From contig CAYXYB010000008.1 in NCBI GenBank assembly GCA_964469215.1, forward strand, positions 14,092 through 78,091: DNA of 64,000 nt, read 5' to 3'. Shown piece after piece: positions 10,048 to 19,265 of this stretch. Each line of letters begins with the position of its first letter. Position 1 is the stretch's first letter. A program made the translations under genes and the position numbers. The notes beneath the pieces are model-generated. The model searched no databases, had not been told where the DNA came from, and saw only the letters and a program-made list of their open reading frames with translations. Origin of the DNA: an uncultured Lentimicrobiaceae bacterium (GTDB lineage: Bacteria > Bacteroidota > Bacteroidia > Bacteroidales > SKPS01).

Positions 10048-10737
10048 TTGAGGAGCATTATTATACGCACGTTGAGCGGCGCCGTTTTTGTCGCCTCTCT
10101 GATCATTCCTTTGATCTTTAAAACTTCAGTATATCATTGGATTGTTGCTCTGTATGCAGTTCTTGTTATCATTGAATACATCAGGCTTTTTCGCACAATA
10201 TCTTCAGGCTCCGGCATGTCGGAGTCGCAGATTTATTTGCTGATGATCACCACATCAATTGTGTGGATTATAATCCCATTCCTGGTAATGGCATTTCTAC
10301 CTGTCCTTTCAGATGGCAGAATGGCAGGTGCTGACGGAGTAATGCTCACCCTTTCGATGTTTATCCTGGTATGGGCTCATGATACTTTTGCCTATCTCAC
10401 CGGATTGGCAATAGGAAAGCGAAAACTTGTTCCTTCTATATCACCGGCAAAAACAATAGAAGGTGCAATAGGGGGGGTGGTGTTTACCTTTATATTCTCA
10501 ATACTGATAAATCAGATATTAATTACCGGTACACCACTAATCTTCTGGTTGGGAGGATCAGTTGTGATAGTTCTGTTCTCTAACCTTGGAGATCTGGCAG
10601 AATCGAAGCTAAAGCGCCTGGCTGAAGTGAAGGATTCCGGGAGGGGAATGCCCGGCCATGGTGGTTTCTTCGATCGTTTCGATGCGCTTATTGCCACTGC
10701 ACCTGCATGGCTTGTCTGGGTGCTGATTATGACTTGA
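10048..10737 (+). CDS. cdsA: Phosphatidate cytidylyltransferase
   Basis: SPAKTIEGAIGG and GDLAESKLKRLAEVKDSGRGMPGHGGFFDRFDA, multi-TM. TTG start at 10048. Confidence 0.9.
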   Translation: MRSIIIRTLSGAVFVASLIIPLIFKTSVYHWIVALYAVLVIIEYIRLFRTISSGSGMSESQIYLLMITTSIVWIIIPFLVMAFLPVLSDGRMAGADGVMLTLSMFILVWAHDTFAYLTGLAIGKRKLVPSISPAKTIEGAIGGVVFTFIFSILINQILITGTPLIFWLGGSVVIVLFSNLGDLAESKLKRLAEVKDSGRGMPGHGGFFDRFDALIATAPAWLVWVLIMT

Positions 10738-11260
10738 AAAAAGTAAAATGCACCTTTCCGTAATTCCTGACTTCAGAAAAACATTTGTGGCCGGAAAAGT
10801 CAACACCCGGTCCGTGTTCAATGATTATGATGCCATCACCTGAAGGTACTGCTGAAGATAAAATAATGTCAGGTAGCTCCACCATACAAGGCATGTCGTA
10901 AGGCGGGTCTGCAAAAATTATATCTGCTTTGTCGCCGGTTTGTTTCAGAAACCGGAAAACATCATCATGAATGACCATAATGTTATTAAGCCCAAGGGTT
11001 TTAATCGTATCCCTGATAAATCTCACACAGGCACCATTCTTTTCAATGGCAGTAACCCGCAATGCACCTCGACTGCAAAACTCATAGGAAACAAAACCGG
11101 TTCCGCTGAAAAGGTCTATAACTGCGGATGATTCCAGATCAGCTCTGGTTCTTAACAGATTAAACAATGCCTCCCTGGCCATATCGGTTGTCGGGCGTAC
11201 CGGTAAAGATATTGGAGGGGTTATCCGCCTGCTTCCATACAAACCACCAATTATTCTCAA
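10727..11260 (-). CDS. rsmD: 16S rRNA (guanine966-N2)-methyltransferase
   Basis: RIIGGLYGSRRI...PVRPTTDMAREALFN and DPPY. The TTG start overlaps the upstream gene's TGA (TTGA). Confidence 0.85.
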   Translation of the reverse strand: MRIIGGLYGSRRITPPISLPVRPTTDMAREALFNLLRTRADLESSAVIDLFSGTGFVSYEFCSRGALRVTAIEKNGACVRFIRDTIKTLGLNNIMVIHDDVFRFLKQTGDKADIIFADPPYDMPCMVELPDIILSSAVPSGDGIIIIEHGPGVDFSGHKCFSEVRNYGKVHFTFFKS

Positions 11261-12108
11261 CTGATAATTGTCGTTAGTTCAAGAAATTTGTGCTGATCGG
11301 CTTCCGGAATAATATCGCAATTGATGTTTACTGATTTGGAAATAGAAACATTGGGACAGAAGGCCATCAAACCTGTAATGGTAGCATCGTCAGCATCTAC
11401 ATGGCCTGCAATAAATACAGGCAACTCCGATAATGGAATTTCAAGGGTGTTAGCTATTGCGACCAGATAGTAAACAAATTCCTCGGGCGATTTATAACCG
11501 AAGCTGTTAAAATAGGATGTTTTCTTCTGCTTGATAACATGGACGAAGAAATCATGATTTTCCAGATATACAGAACATAATGCATTGCTGTTTTTGTTCA
11601 GTCTCTGATGATCGTTTTCAATCATAACTGAACCTAGGTGAATCATTTTGTAGTTGTTTGGAAGTTTCTTCGCAAGATCAAATGTAGGTTTGTTCAACCC
11701 AAACAGCAGTGTGGCACCTATTTTTTCAACCGGTGAAAGCATAACAGTTTCATCCTTTAGTGGGTCAAAGCACAGGCCGAATGCTCCTGTGGCTTCACTG
11801 GTATCATTTACCACTCCGGGAAACAGGATCGCTCTAGTTCCGGAAAACAGAATACTTCCCGGAGTACCAGCCGTTAATATTGTCGATAATAGATGTAAGT
11901 CACTTTGCGATATAATTTCTGGTTCCTTGTTGCTCTCTGTCTCATATCTGGTTAATGCTGCAAAAACAATCCTCTTGTTTTTTTTGTCAGCCACAACTAA
12001 TGTTAATCCGTTGTGATCGAGCCGAATAATTGTATGATGGATAGCAGGATCCGCAACTTTAAAACAGGGATCAAGAAACAGTTTTCCGCTAAAATCTGAA
12101 AGATTCAT
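11257..12108 (-). CDS. DUF3822-like hypothetical protein
   Basis: Its position immediately upstream of rsmD, and its size, fit the Bacteroidota DUF3822 family as I remember it. ATG 12108 is preferred over 12165 to avoid overlapping the upstream gene. Confidence 0.5.
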   Translation of the reverse strand: MNLSDFSGKLFLDPCFKVADPAIHHTIIRLDHNGLTLVVADKKNKRIVFAALTRYETESNKEPEIISQSDLHLLSTILTAGTPGSILFSGTRAILFPGVVNDTSEATGAFGLCFDPLKDETVMLSPVEKIGATLLFGLNKPTFDLAKKLPNNYKMIHLGSVMIENDHQRLNKNSNALCSVYLENHDFFVHVIKQKKTSYFNSFGYKSPEEFVYYLVAIANTLEIPLSELPVFIAGHVDADDATITGLMAFCPNVSISKSVNINCDIIPEADQHKFLELTTIIS

Positions 12109-12121
12109 TTGTAATTGGGTT

Positions 12122-12955
12122 CTATTCCCAGTTTCCATCCTTGATAGGCTCACTGAGTGAACCAACCTGAAGAGAGATTACTTTCTCCTGATCGATGTAT
12201 TGTTTTTTCAAACCCTGCAAATAGATATTCTTGTCTGCAACAACTTCAAAAACGGGAACTATAACATTTCCACGGTCTATGACATCGGCTTGCATGGTGA
12301 ATTTCTCCCTTGGATTTGAGAATGGAACATAAGGTAGATTTTCAGGCTTAAAGTCGATTAAATTCTTGAAAACAGAATCCTTAACATTTATATAACCTGT
12401 ATCAATTATGATGTATCCACGTTTTATCAACTCACGCTCCGAAAGCGAATCCCTTAGCAGTGTAGGAGTATTGTTGATTTTTTTAAGCAGTAACAGTTTG
12501 CCATTATTGATAAAATCGATAAGGGTATCGAAGTCGCTGGTATACCTTTTATTAACACTTTTAAAAGCTTCCTGGGCATCCCGGATATGTATGAGCCGCT
12601 CTTTAACAACCTCTGCTCTTCGACTGTATTCAGTCTCGAATTTTATCGGATCGTTGATGGAATTGAACCCGAACCAGAACATTACCAGAATGGCTGGAAT
12701 AAAGAGCACCATTGCAATGCTGTATAGTTTCGCAGGAAGAGCCTCATAGTTTATCATAATAAGTAGCGTTAACGCTCCAACAATTAATAAACCAACCCCG
12801 CCAAGGATGAAAAATATACTCTGCTCTTTTAAAATACCAAAAAAGATCACTGCCAGTCCAATGATCAGCAATGCTAAAGGGAAAACAATCCGAAACAGTA
12901 AAAGCTTTAAATTATCCATGATTGTTAAGTTGTTAGGATGTTTTGTTGTCTTCAA
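12122..12955 (-). CDS. Membrane protein of unknown function (3 predicted TM helices plus a soluble C-terminal domain)
   Basis: Hydrophobic segments LLLFRIVFPLALLIIGLAVIFFGIL, IFFILGGVGLLIVGALTLLIMI and LYSIAMVLFIPAILVMFWFGF. Alternative start at 12919. Confidence 0.6.
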   Translation of the reverse strand: MKTTKHPNNLTIMDNLKLLLFRIVFPLALLIIGLAVIFFGILKEQSIFFILGGVGLLIVGALTLLIMINYEALPAKLYSIAMVLFIPAILVMFWFGFNSINDPIKFETEYSRRAEVVKERLIHIRDAQEAFKSVNKRYTSDFDTLIDFINNGKLLLLKKINNTPTLLRDSLSERELIKRGYIIIDTGYINVKDSVFKNLIDFKPENLPYVPFSNPREKFTMQADVIDRGNVIVPVFEVVADKNIYLQGLKKQYIDQEKVISLQVGSLSEPIKDGNWE

Positions 12956-12995
12956 TAATTAAAACTGCTGCAAAAATATAAAAATTATCAGCAGT
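12956..12995 (-). terminator. Possible terminator after the HsdR_N-like gene
   Basis: ACTGCTG (12964-12970) / CAGCAGT (12989-12995) stem with an 18-nt loop. On the minus strand it is followed by TTTTAATTATT. Confidence 0.35.
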
Positions 12996-13112
12996 CAGGT
13001 TAATTTTTCATTGTGTATTAAACAGTTCAATAATTGATTTTTGTAAAGGGTGGAATATTTGTCAACGATTTTTTGTTAGCTATTCGATTTGACACGTGGC
13101 ATTGATATATCT

Positions 13113-13565
13113 TTATGAAAGTTGTTTGTATTCAGGAATATAATCTATATGTGAAATGCTTTGATTATTGTGGTCTATAAGGGCAGCATAATGGGTGATT
13201 CCATTCGTAATGAGTAGCCACGGCACTTTAAATGCCAGATTGTATCTTGCAACCTGTTCAAATACGGCATTTGTCAGGGGGATATCTGGAGCTTTGCATT
13301 CAATTAAAAGAGCAGGCAACATTTTACTGTTGTAAATGAGTATATCTGCCCGTTTCGAAAGATTGTTTATACACAGGCTTTTTTCTATGCACATATGTGA
13401 AAAAGGATAGTTCAGGGCTCTATTCAGATGAATTATTACATGTTGCCTGACCCATTCTTCGGGAGTTAGCATCACATACTTTTTTCTTACCGGATCAAGT
13501 ATAAAGGTTTTACCTTTGTCGTGCTTTAAGGTAAACGGGTAGTTTGGAAAACTCAGATCTTGCAT
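13113..13565 (-). CDS. Stand-alone type I restriction enzyme HsdR N-terminal-domain-like protein
   Basis: PEEWVRQHVI...ADILIY...LLIECKAP...QV.RY pattern (PD-(D/E)xK-like core E-C-K); 150 aa, divergent from holA. Confidence 0.65.
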   Translation of the reverse strand: MQDLSFPNYPFTLKHDKGKTFILDPVRKKYVMLTPEEWVRQHVIIHLNRALNYPFSHMCIEKSLCINNLSKRADILIYNSKMLPALLIECKAPDIPLTNAVFEQVARYNLAFKVPWLLITNGITHYAALIDHNNQSISHIDYIPEYKQLS

Positions 13566-13668
13566 TATATTTATTTAAAACTATCCTGCCTCATTGGTGG
13601 ATTATCAGGTTACAACGAATGGTTTTTTACCTTATTGCAAAAATAGTATGTATGATCATTTTTAAGGC

Positions 13669-14667
13669 ATGGTATATCAGAAAATAATACAGCAGATAAG
13701 AAACAGGATGTTCCACCCGGTTTATCTGCTGTTTGGTGAGGAGCCATATTATATCGACCTGATATCAGATACAATTGAGGAGGAGGTGCTTCAGGAGACC
13801 GAGAAAGAGTTCAACCAGACTGTTGTTTACGGTTCAGATATCGACGTAAAGCAGCTTCTCGGGATTGTGAAGAGGTACCCGATGATGGCCTCGCATATGG
13901 TTGTTATCGTCAGGGAAGCCCAGTTGATAAAAAATTTGGATGAACTTCAATCCTATCTGGACAACCCACTGAAGAGTACAATATTGGTGTTGTGCTATAA
14001 ATACAAAAAACCCGACAAGCGGAAAGCTTTTTATAAGGCGGCTCAGAAATCCGGCGTTGTCTTTGAATCAGAGAAGCTCAAAGATTCCGCAGTACCGCTT
14101 TGGATAACCTCTTATGTGAGAAATAGCGGGTACCTGATAAGTGAGAAAAATGCTGTAATGATAGCTGAGCACCTGGGCAATGACCTGAGCAGAATAATTA
14201 ATGAACTTGGCAAGGTCTTTATTTCTCTTTCGCCCGGTTTACAGGTTACTGCTGAACTGATAGAGGAAAACATTGGTATAAGTAAAGATTATAACTTTTT
14301 TGAGTTGCAGAAAGCTATCGGATCCAGGGATATTGTGAAGGCGAACAGGATAGCTCTTTATTTCGGCAATAATCCGAAGGAACACCCGATGCCTATGTTA
14401 ATAGCTATGTTTTACGGATATTTCTCAAGATTGCTGAAGCTGCACTTCGCAGGCACAACAAACCGTAACCTGATGGCCGAAAAGGCAGGTATTTCATTAT
14501 ATTTTCTGGAAGAATACCGACAGGCAGCCAGGAATTATTCTCCGCAGAAGCTTATGAGGATCATTGAGTATATCAGAATTTATGATATGAAGTCAAAAGG
14601 GTTTGAAAACACAAGCACTGATCATTCAGAACTTCTGAAAGAGTTGCTTTTCAAAATACTTCACTGA
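13669..14667 (+). CDS. holA: DNA polymerase III subunit delta
   Basis: HPVYLLFGEEPYYID N-terminus and a size of 332 aa, typical of HolA. Confidence 0.8.
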   Translation: MVYQKIIQQIRNRMFHPVYLLFGEEPYYIDLISDTIEEEVLQETEKEFNQTVVYGSDIDVKQLLGIVKRYPMMASHMVVIVREAQLIKNLDELQSYLDNPLKSTILVLCYKYKKPDKRKAFYKAAQKSGVVFESEKLKDSAVPLWITSYVRNSGYLISEKNAVMIAEHLGNDLSRIINELGKVFISLSPGLQVTAELIEENIGISKDYNFFELQKAIGSRDIVKANRIALYFGNNPKEHPMPMLIAMFYGYFSRLLKLHFAGTTNRNLMAEKAGISLYFLEEYRQAARNYSPQKLMRIIEYIRIYDMKSKGFENTSTDHSELLKELLFKILH

Positions 14668-14783
14668 CCGGAAACCTGATGGAATTAACCGTTACCTTCC
14701 GGAGCATAACAAAATTGGTATACCACTGAATGATTTTATTTAACTTTACGCACTTTTTTGCTGAATAAAAGAAAACAGATACA

Positions 14784-17108
14784 ATGGCTGGAGTGATAAG
14801 GCGGTTTACATGGCTGACGATAATACTGATGATGGTGCAGCATTTGTCTGCTCAGCGTGGTGGTGATCTCAGGGGTTTTGTGTTCAATAAGGGTACTGGT
14901 GAACCGATGATCTACGCACGTATTATGATCGAAGGGACACCAACCGGAACAATGAGTGATGTTAACGGTTATTTTATAATAAGTGGACTTCAACCAGGTG
15001 ATTACAGAGTGGTTGTAACCTTTGTGGGTTTTGACACCATCACGGAACCTGTCAGCATCAAATCAAGTGAGATAACTTCTCTCAAGGTGCATCTTTCAGA
15101 ACGTTATCAGGAGCTTAAAAGGTTCACTGTAAATGCAGAGCGGCAAAGTGAACTTACTGAGACACAGACATCTACTATCAAGGTGACGCCCAGGCAGATC
15201 GAAAGAATACCATCGGTGGGTGGGCAGGCCGATCTGGCGCAGTATCTCCAGGTGCTACCAGGTGTTGTTTCAACCGGTGACCAGGGTGGAAAACTATATA
15301 TACGCGGTGGAGCACCCATTCATAACAAGGTATTGCTTGACGGCATGATAGTTTACAACCCGTTTCATACAATTGGTCTGTTCAGCGTTTTTGATACAGA
15401 TATCATAAGTTCTGCCGATATTTATACCGGAGGATTCGGTGCGGATCTCGGGGGGAGGATATCTTCGGTGATGGATATAAAAACACGTGATGGTAATAAG
15501 AAATACCATTCAGGAATAATCAGCGGAAGCACCTTTGGAAGCAAGATCCTGCTTGAAGGGCCACTGAAACCGAAAGAGAAACAAATCGCAAAAGCCTCAT
15601 ACCTTGTGTCTTTCAAGAACTCTTATCTGGAGCAATCTTCGAAGGTTTTGTACGAATATGTGGATGAACAGGGGTTGCCTTTCAATTACCTTGACGTTTA
15701 CGGTAAGCTTAGCCTCCTGGCAGATAACGGTAGCAAGATTAACTTTTTTGGATTCAGGTTTTCCGATCATGTTAATTATCAGGTATTGTCGAAATACAAC
15801 TGGGACACATGGGGAATGGGAAGTAACTTTATTCTTATTCCTGCAGAGTCACCTATGCTTATTGAAGGGAATTTTGCTTATTCATCCTATACAACAACCA
15901 TACAGGACCAGTCATCACTTCCCAAATCGAGTGAGGTTGATGGTTTCAACTTCGGGCTCAACTTTAGCCACATTACCGGAAAAAACAGGAATCAGTATGG
16001 CATTGAGCTGTTGGGATTCAAGACCATGTTCGAAATCACAAATGCGGCCAACAGGGTTATTGACCTTACCGAGTATACCACTGAAATTGCCGTATACTGG
16101 AAATATAAACTTACCATAGGCAATTTCATTATTGAACCTGGATTACGCGGGCACTACTATGCATCACTCTCTGAATTTTCTCCTGAACCCAGACTCGCAA
16201 TTAAATACAAAGCAACAGATTACCTTAGGTTTAAAGCAGCAACAGGGTTGTATTCCCAAAACCTTCTTGCTGCAAATTCAGATCGCGATGTGGTTAATCT
16301 TTTTTATGGTTTCCTTTCAGGAACTGATAACCTTCAGGATACATTCAATGGGAAACCTGTTACATCACACCTGCAAAAAGCACGGCATCTAATTGTAGGT
16401 GCCGAAATAGATATCACCAAACATGCATCAATTAATATTGAAGCATACATTAATGATTTTACCCAGATGACAAATCTCAACAGGAATAAAATTTACGATG
16501 AAGAGATACTTGATTATCTGAACAAACCAGACTTCCTAAAAAAAGACTTTATAGTTGAAAAGGGGCAATCAAAGGGCATCGACTTCGCATTCAGATACGA
16601 TTTGGTGAACATTAATATCTGGGCTGTGTATTCCCTTGGCTTTATAACACGAGAGGAGGATCTAAATGGATTCATGTTCTCATATACACCACATTACGAC
16701 CGCAGGCATAATGTAAACCTGATGGGTGGTTACAGTTTCGGAAAAACATTGCAGTATGAAATAACTGTAAGGTGGAACTATGGATCGGGTTTCCCGTTCA
16801 CACCAACAGCAGGATTCTTTGAAGCACTCTCATTCCAGGAAGGTATCAACACCGACTACATTCATCAGAATGGTGAACTGGGTTATTTTTATGGCGAGCT
16901 TAACAGCAAACGCCTCCCCGACTATCACCGTCTGGATATTACTCTGAAACGTGGATTTGTATTTTCGAAACGGAATATCCTGGATGTTTCTGTTTCCGTT
17001 ACCAATATATACAACAGAAACAATGTATTCTACTTCGACAGGATCCGCTATGAGAGGGTCGATCAGCTTCCAATACTGCCAAGTATTGGATTCAACTGGA
17101 AGTTTTAA
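14784..17108 (+). CDS. TonB-dependent receptor with N-terminal carboxypeptidase-regulatory-like domain
   Basis: Signal peptide ...QHLSAQ, a GFVFNKGTGEPMIYARIMIEG...GYFIISGLQPGDY (CarbopepD_reg-like) segment, plug region, and terminal NWKF aromatic residue. Confidence 0.85.
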   Translation: MAGVIRRFTWLTIILMMVQHLSAQRGGDLRGFVFNKGTGEPMIYARIMIEGTPTGTMSDVNGYFIISGLQPGDYRVVVTFVGFDTITEPVSIKSSEITSLKVHLSERYQELKRFTVNAERQSELTETQTSTIKVTPRQIERIPSVGGQADLAQYLQVLPGVVSTGDQGGKLYIRGGAPIHNKVLLDGMIVYNPFHTIGLFSVFDTDIISSADIYTGGFGADLGGRISSVMDIKTRDGNKKYHSGIISGSTFGSKILLEGPLKPKEKQIAKASYLVSFKNSYLEQSSKVLYEYVDEQGLPFNYLDVYGKLSLLADNGSKINFFGFRFSDHVNYQVLSKYNWDTWGMGSNFILIPAESPMLIEGNFAYSSYTTTIQDQSSLPKSSEVDGFNFGLNFSHITGKNRNQYGIELLGFKTMFEITNAANRVIDLTEYTTEIAVYWKYKLTIGNFIIEPGLRGHYYASLSEFSPEPRLAIKYKATDYLRFKAATGLYSQNLLAANSDRDVVNLFYGFLSGTDNLQDTFNGKPVTSHLQKARHLIVGAEIDITKHASINIEAYINDFTQMTNLNRNKIYDEEILDYLNKPDFLKKDFIVEKGQSKGIDFAFRYDLVNINIWAVYSLGFITREEDLNGFMFSYTPHYDRRHNVNLMGGYSFGKTLQYEITVRWNYGSGFPFTPTAGFFEALSFQEGINTDYIHQNGELGYFYGELNSKRLPDYHRLDITLKRGFVFSKRNILDVSVSVTNIYNRNNVFYFDRIRYERVDQLPILPSIGFNWKF

Positions 17109-17130
17109 TGTTTTGATTTCTGCACTATCC

Positions 17131-18534
17131 TTATTTTTTTCTCAGAACTGCCTCCTCGAACCAGGTTTTAAACTGTTCTGATGGCTGACGCGCACCGTAA
17201 GATTCAAAAGATCCATCGGGAGCAATAAGAATAAATAAAGGATAGTTCCGGATATTGTAACGGTCCGTCAGCTCAAAATCGTTACTGAAATGCACCACTG
17301 GCCAGGGAAATTTCTGCTGGTCGGTGAAACGCCAGAGTTTAACAGTATCAGGGTCGAGCCCGATGGCGATTACTGCAATATTGTCTGAAATATCAGGGTA
17401 CACAGATCTTAGCAACTGCAGTTCAGACAGGCAGGGAATACAATTGCTTGCAAAAAACACAATGTAAAGGTATTTTCCGCGGTATTGTCCCGGCGTAATA
17501 TAGTTACCACTTTTATCTGGGAGTTTAAAATCGGGTGCTATCATTCCCCGGTTGAAACGTGTGTTAAGATAAACCAGGTTAGAAGCAATTATGCGGTGCT
17601 CTCTGAATTTACTGGTATAGGCAATATGCTGCAGGATCCTGAGAACATTATTCTCATCAAAATCCTTGTTGTGAACCATCTCCCCCAGGCTCTTTATCAT
17701 AACTATCTCACGAAGAAGCTCATTGCGTAAAAGTGTATCCCGTCCCATCAGTTCCGAAAGGGTATGATATGTTCCCTGGTTGTTGATTATGCTCTTGAGA
17801 TCCTGGTATGTATAATGCTTAAGCCTGGTTGTAAGATAATTGCTGAAGAGCTGATTGAAGAAATCCATGAAATCCGGATGTTGGTACTCAAAATCAACAC
17901 CTTTCAGCCAAAGTTCATGCGCCTGTTCTATTGATATTTTATATCCTGAAAGTTTCAGCATGGCTATCCGGTAATCGACCATCTGCCTTACCCATGGATG
18001 TGTATATTCCCCAAATTTCAGAAAGAAAGTGTCAATAAATTCATTAACAACATCATATCGTTTCAGATAAAGATCCATATAATGTTTCGAAATGAATTTG
18101 TTGTACATTGTCAGGGCATCAGCAACAACAATATTTATATCTTCATCTGTACGATTTAATATTTTGTATCCTATTGATTCTTTTTGAAGAATCAGATTTC
18201 GCGTTTCGAGATAACTCACAGGGGGGTAGTCGTCAAATTGTATCTCATAAACATTCCCAGGTTCAAGTATGATATCTGCTCTTATGTTTCCAATGGCGAA
18301 GAATGCATGTGTTGTTGCCTGCAATTCTGTTATCAGATTAAAATTTCCCTTGCTATCAATATCGGCAGCAGCCAGTTTCTTCTCGACAAAGGTTAGCTGG
18401 TCAGACCAGGTAAGTAGCCTGATCTGATATCCTGATGCATTTCCTATGTTGCCTTTAATGGTTGTATATGCTCCGGCATTGAGCGACAGTGAAAGTGTCA
18501 GTAGCAATGATATTGAAAACAGCCTGTTGATCAC
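17131..18534 (-). CDS. TlpA/AhpC-family thiol-disulfide oxidoreductase with a long N-terminal domain
   Basis: C-terminal thioredoxin fold with FFASNCIPC (CxxC). Signal peptide and GTG start. Confidence 0.75.
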   Translation of the reverse strand: MINRLFSISLLLTLSLSLNAGAYTTIKGNIGNASGYQIRLLTWSDQLTFVEKKLAAADIDSKGNFNLITELQATTHAFFAIGNIRADIILEPGNVYEIQFDDYPPVSYLETRNLILQKESIGYKILNRTDEDINIVVADALTMYNKFISKHYMDLYLKRYDVVNEFIDTFFLKFGEYTHPWVRQMVDYRIAMLKLSGYKISIEQAHELWLKGVDFEYQHPDFMDFFNQLFSNYLTTRLKHYTYQDLKSIINNQGTYHTLSELMGRDTLLRNELLREIVMIKSLGEMVHNKDFDENNVLRILQHIAYTSKFREHRIIASNLVYLNTRFNRGMIAPDFKLPDKSGNYITPGQYRGKYLYIVFFASNCIPCLSELQLLRSVYPDISDNIAVIAIGLDPDTVKLWRFTDQQKFPWPVVHFSNDFELTDRYNIRNYPLFILIAPDGSFESYGARQPSEQFKTWFEEAVLRKK

Positions 18535-18548
18535 GGTAAATTAACGTT

Positions 18549-19052
18549 TTATGTCTTCAGGTTATTTTCCGGTGATTCCTTGCCTTGTCGCACGCACCCT
18601 TTTAAACGTTCGGGAATGAAAAGATCGGGGTTTCCGCCATTTTTCAGGATTTCTCTTACAATTGAAGAGTTAAGTGCATTGAATTCCGGAGATGTAAGCA
18701 TGAAAATGGTCTCGGTGTCAGGTTGCAAAGCTCTGTTCATCTGGCCTATGCTCCTTTCAAACTCAAAATCTGCAGAAGTTCTGAGCCCCCTCAGAATAAA
18801 TGTAGCTCCCACTTTCCTGCAGAAATCCACGGTAAGCCCTTCGTAAACCTCAACTGACACTGTGGAATAATCCGTGAAGGTATCTTCGATCCACTTTTTT
18901 CGCTGGGATAAAGAAAACATCGACTTTTTTTCACTGTTTATACCAATGCCGATAATTATTCTGTCGAATAGAGGTATTGCCCTGATTATCACATTTTCAT
19001 GTCCTTTGGTGATCGGGTCAAAAGATCCGGGAAAGACTGCTGTCCTGTGCAT
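18549..19052 (-). CDS. coaD: Pantetheine-phosphate adenylyltransferase
   Basis: AVFPGSFDPITKGHENV (T/HxGH motif). ATG at 19052 is preferred over 19094. Confidence 0.9.
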   Translation of the reverse strand: MHRTAVFPGSFDPITKGHENVIIRAIPLFDRIIIGIGINSEKKSMFSLSQRKKWIEDTFTDYSTVSVEVYEGLTVDFCRKVGATFILRGLRTSADFEFERSIGQMNRALQPDTETIFMLTSPEFNALNSSIVREILKNGGNPDLFIPERLKGCVRQGKESPENNLKT

Positions 19053-19189
19053 TTTGGGTGGTTTCAGTATAGCGCAAATGTAATACTTTTTCAATAAGTA
19101 TATTAACCTGTTAAGGGGAGATAATCACAGGAAGAGTTCCGGTTCCTTAAAAATTGGCCTTCTCTGATTGCCTGTCTGTAACTTTTATC

Positions 19190-19197
19190 TAATTTTG
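19190..19197 (+). promoter_or_regulatory. TAATTTTG box (TAnnTTTG) upstream of the M16 peptidase gene
   Basis: Exact motif match 69 bp upstream of ATG 19266. Motif only. Confidence 0.3.
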
Positions 19198-19265
19198 CTG
19201 TTCTTATTAATGCAGATACAGGTGACGAAGATTTGTAAGCGTAATCATCAATAATACAATATGAT

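Noticed and set aside
13113-13565. HsdR N-terminal-domain protein as evidence of a restriction-modification or defence locus
   Set aside because: There are no HsdM, HsdS or helicase/nuclease HsdR genes nearby. It is a small stand-alone protein divergent from holA, consistent with a conserved housekeeping-context family.
15604-16119. 171-aa alternative-frame ORF on the same strand inside the TonB-dependent receptor gene
   Set aside because: It is fully embedded in a gene with coherent receptor features, and its translation is Cys/Leu/Ser-rich nonsense.
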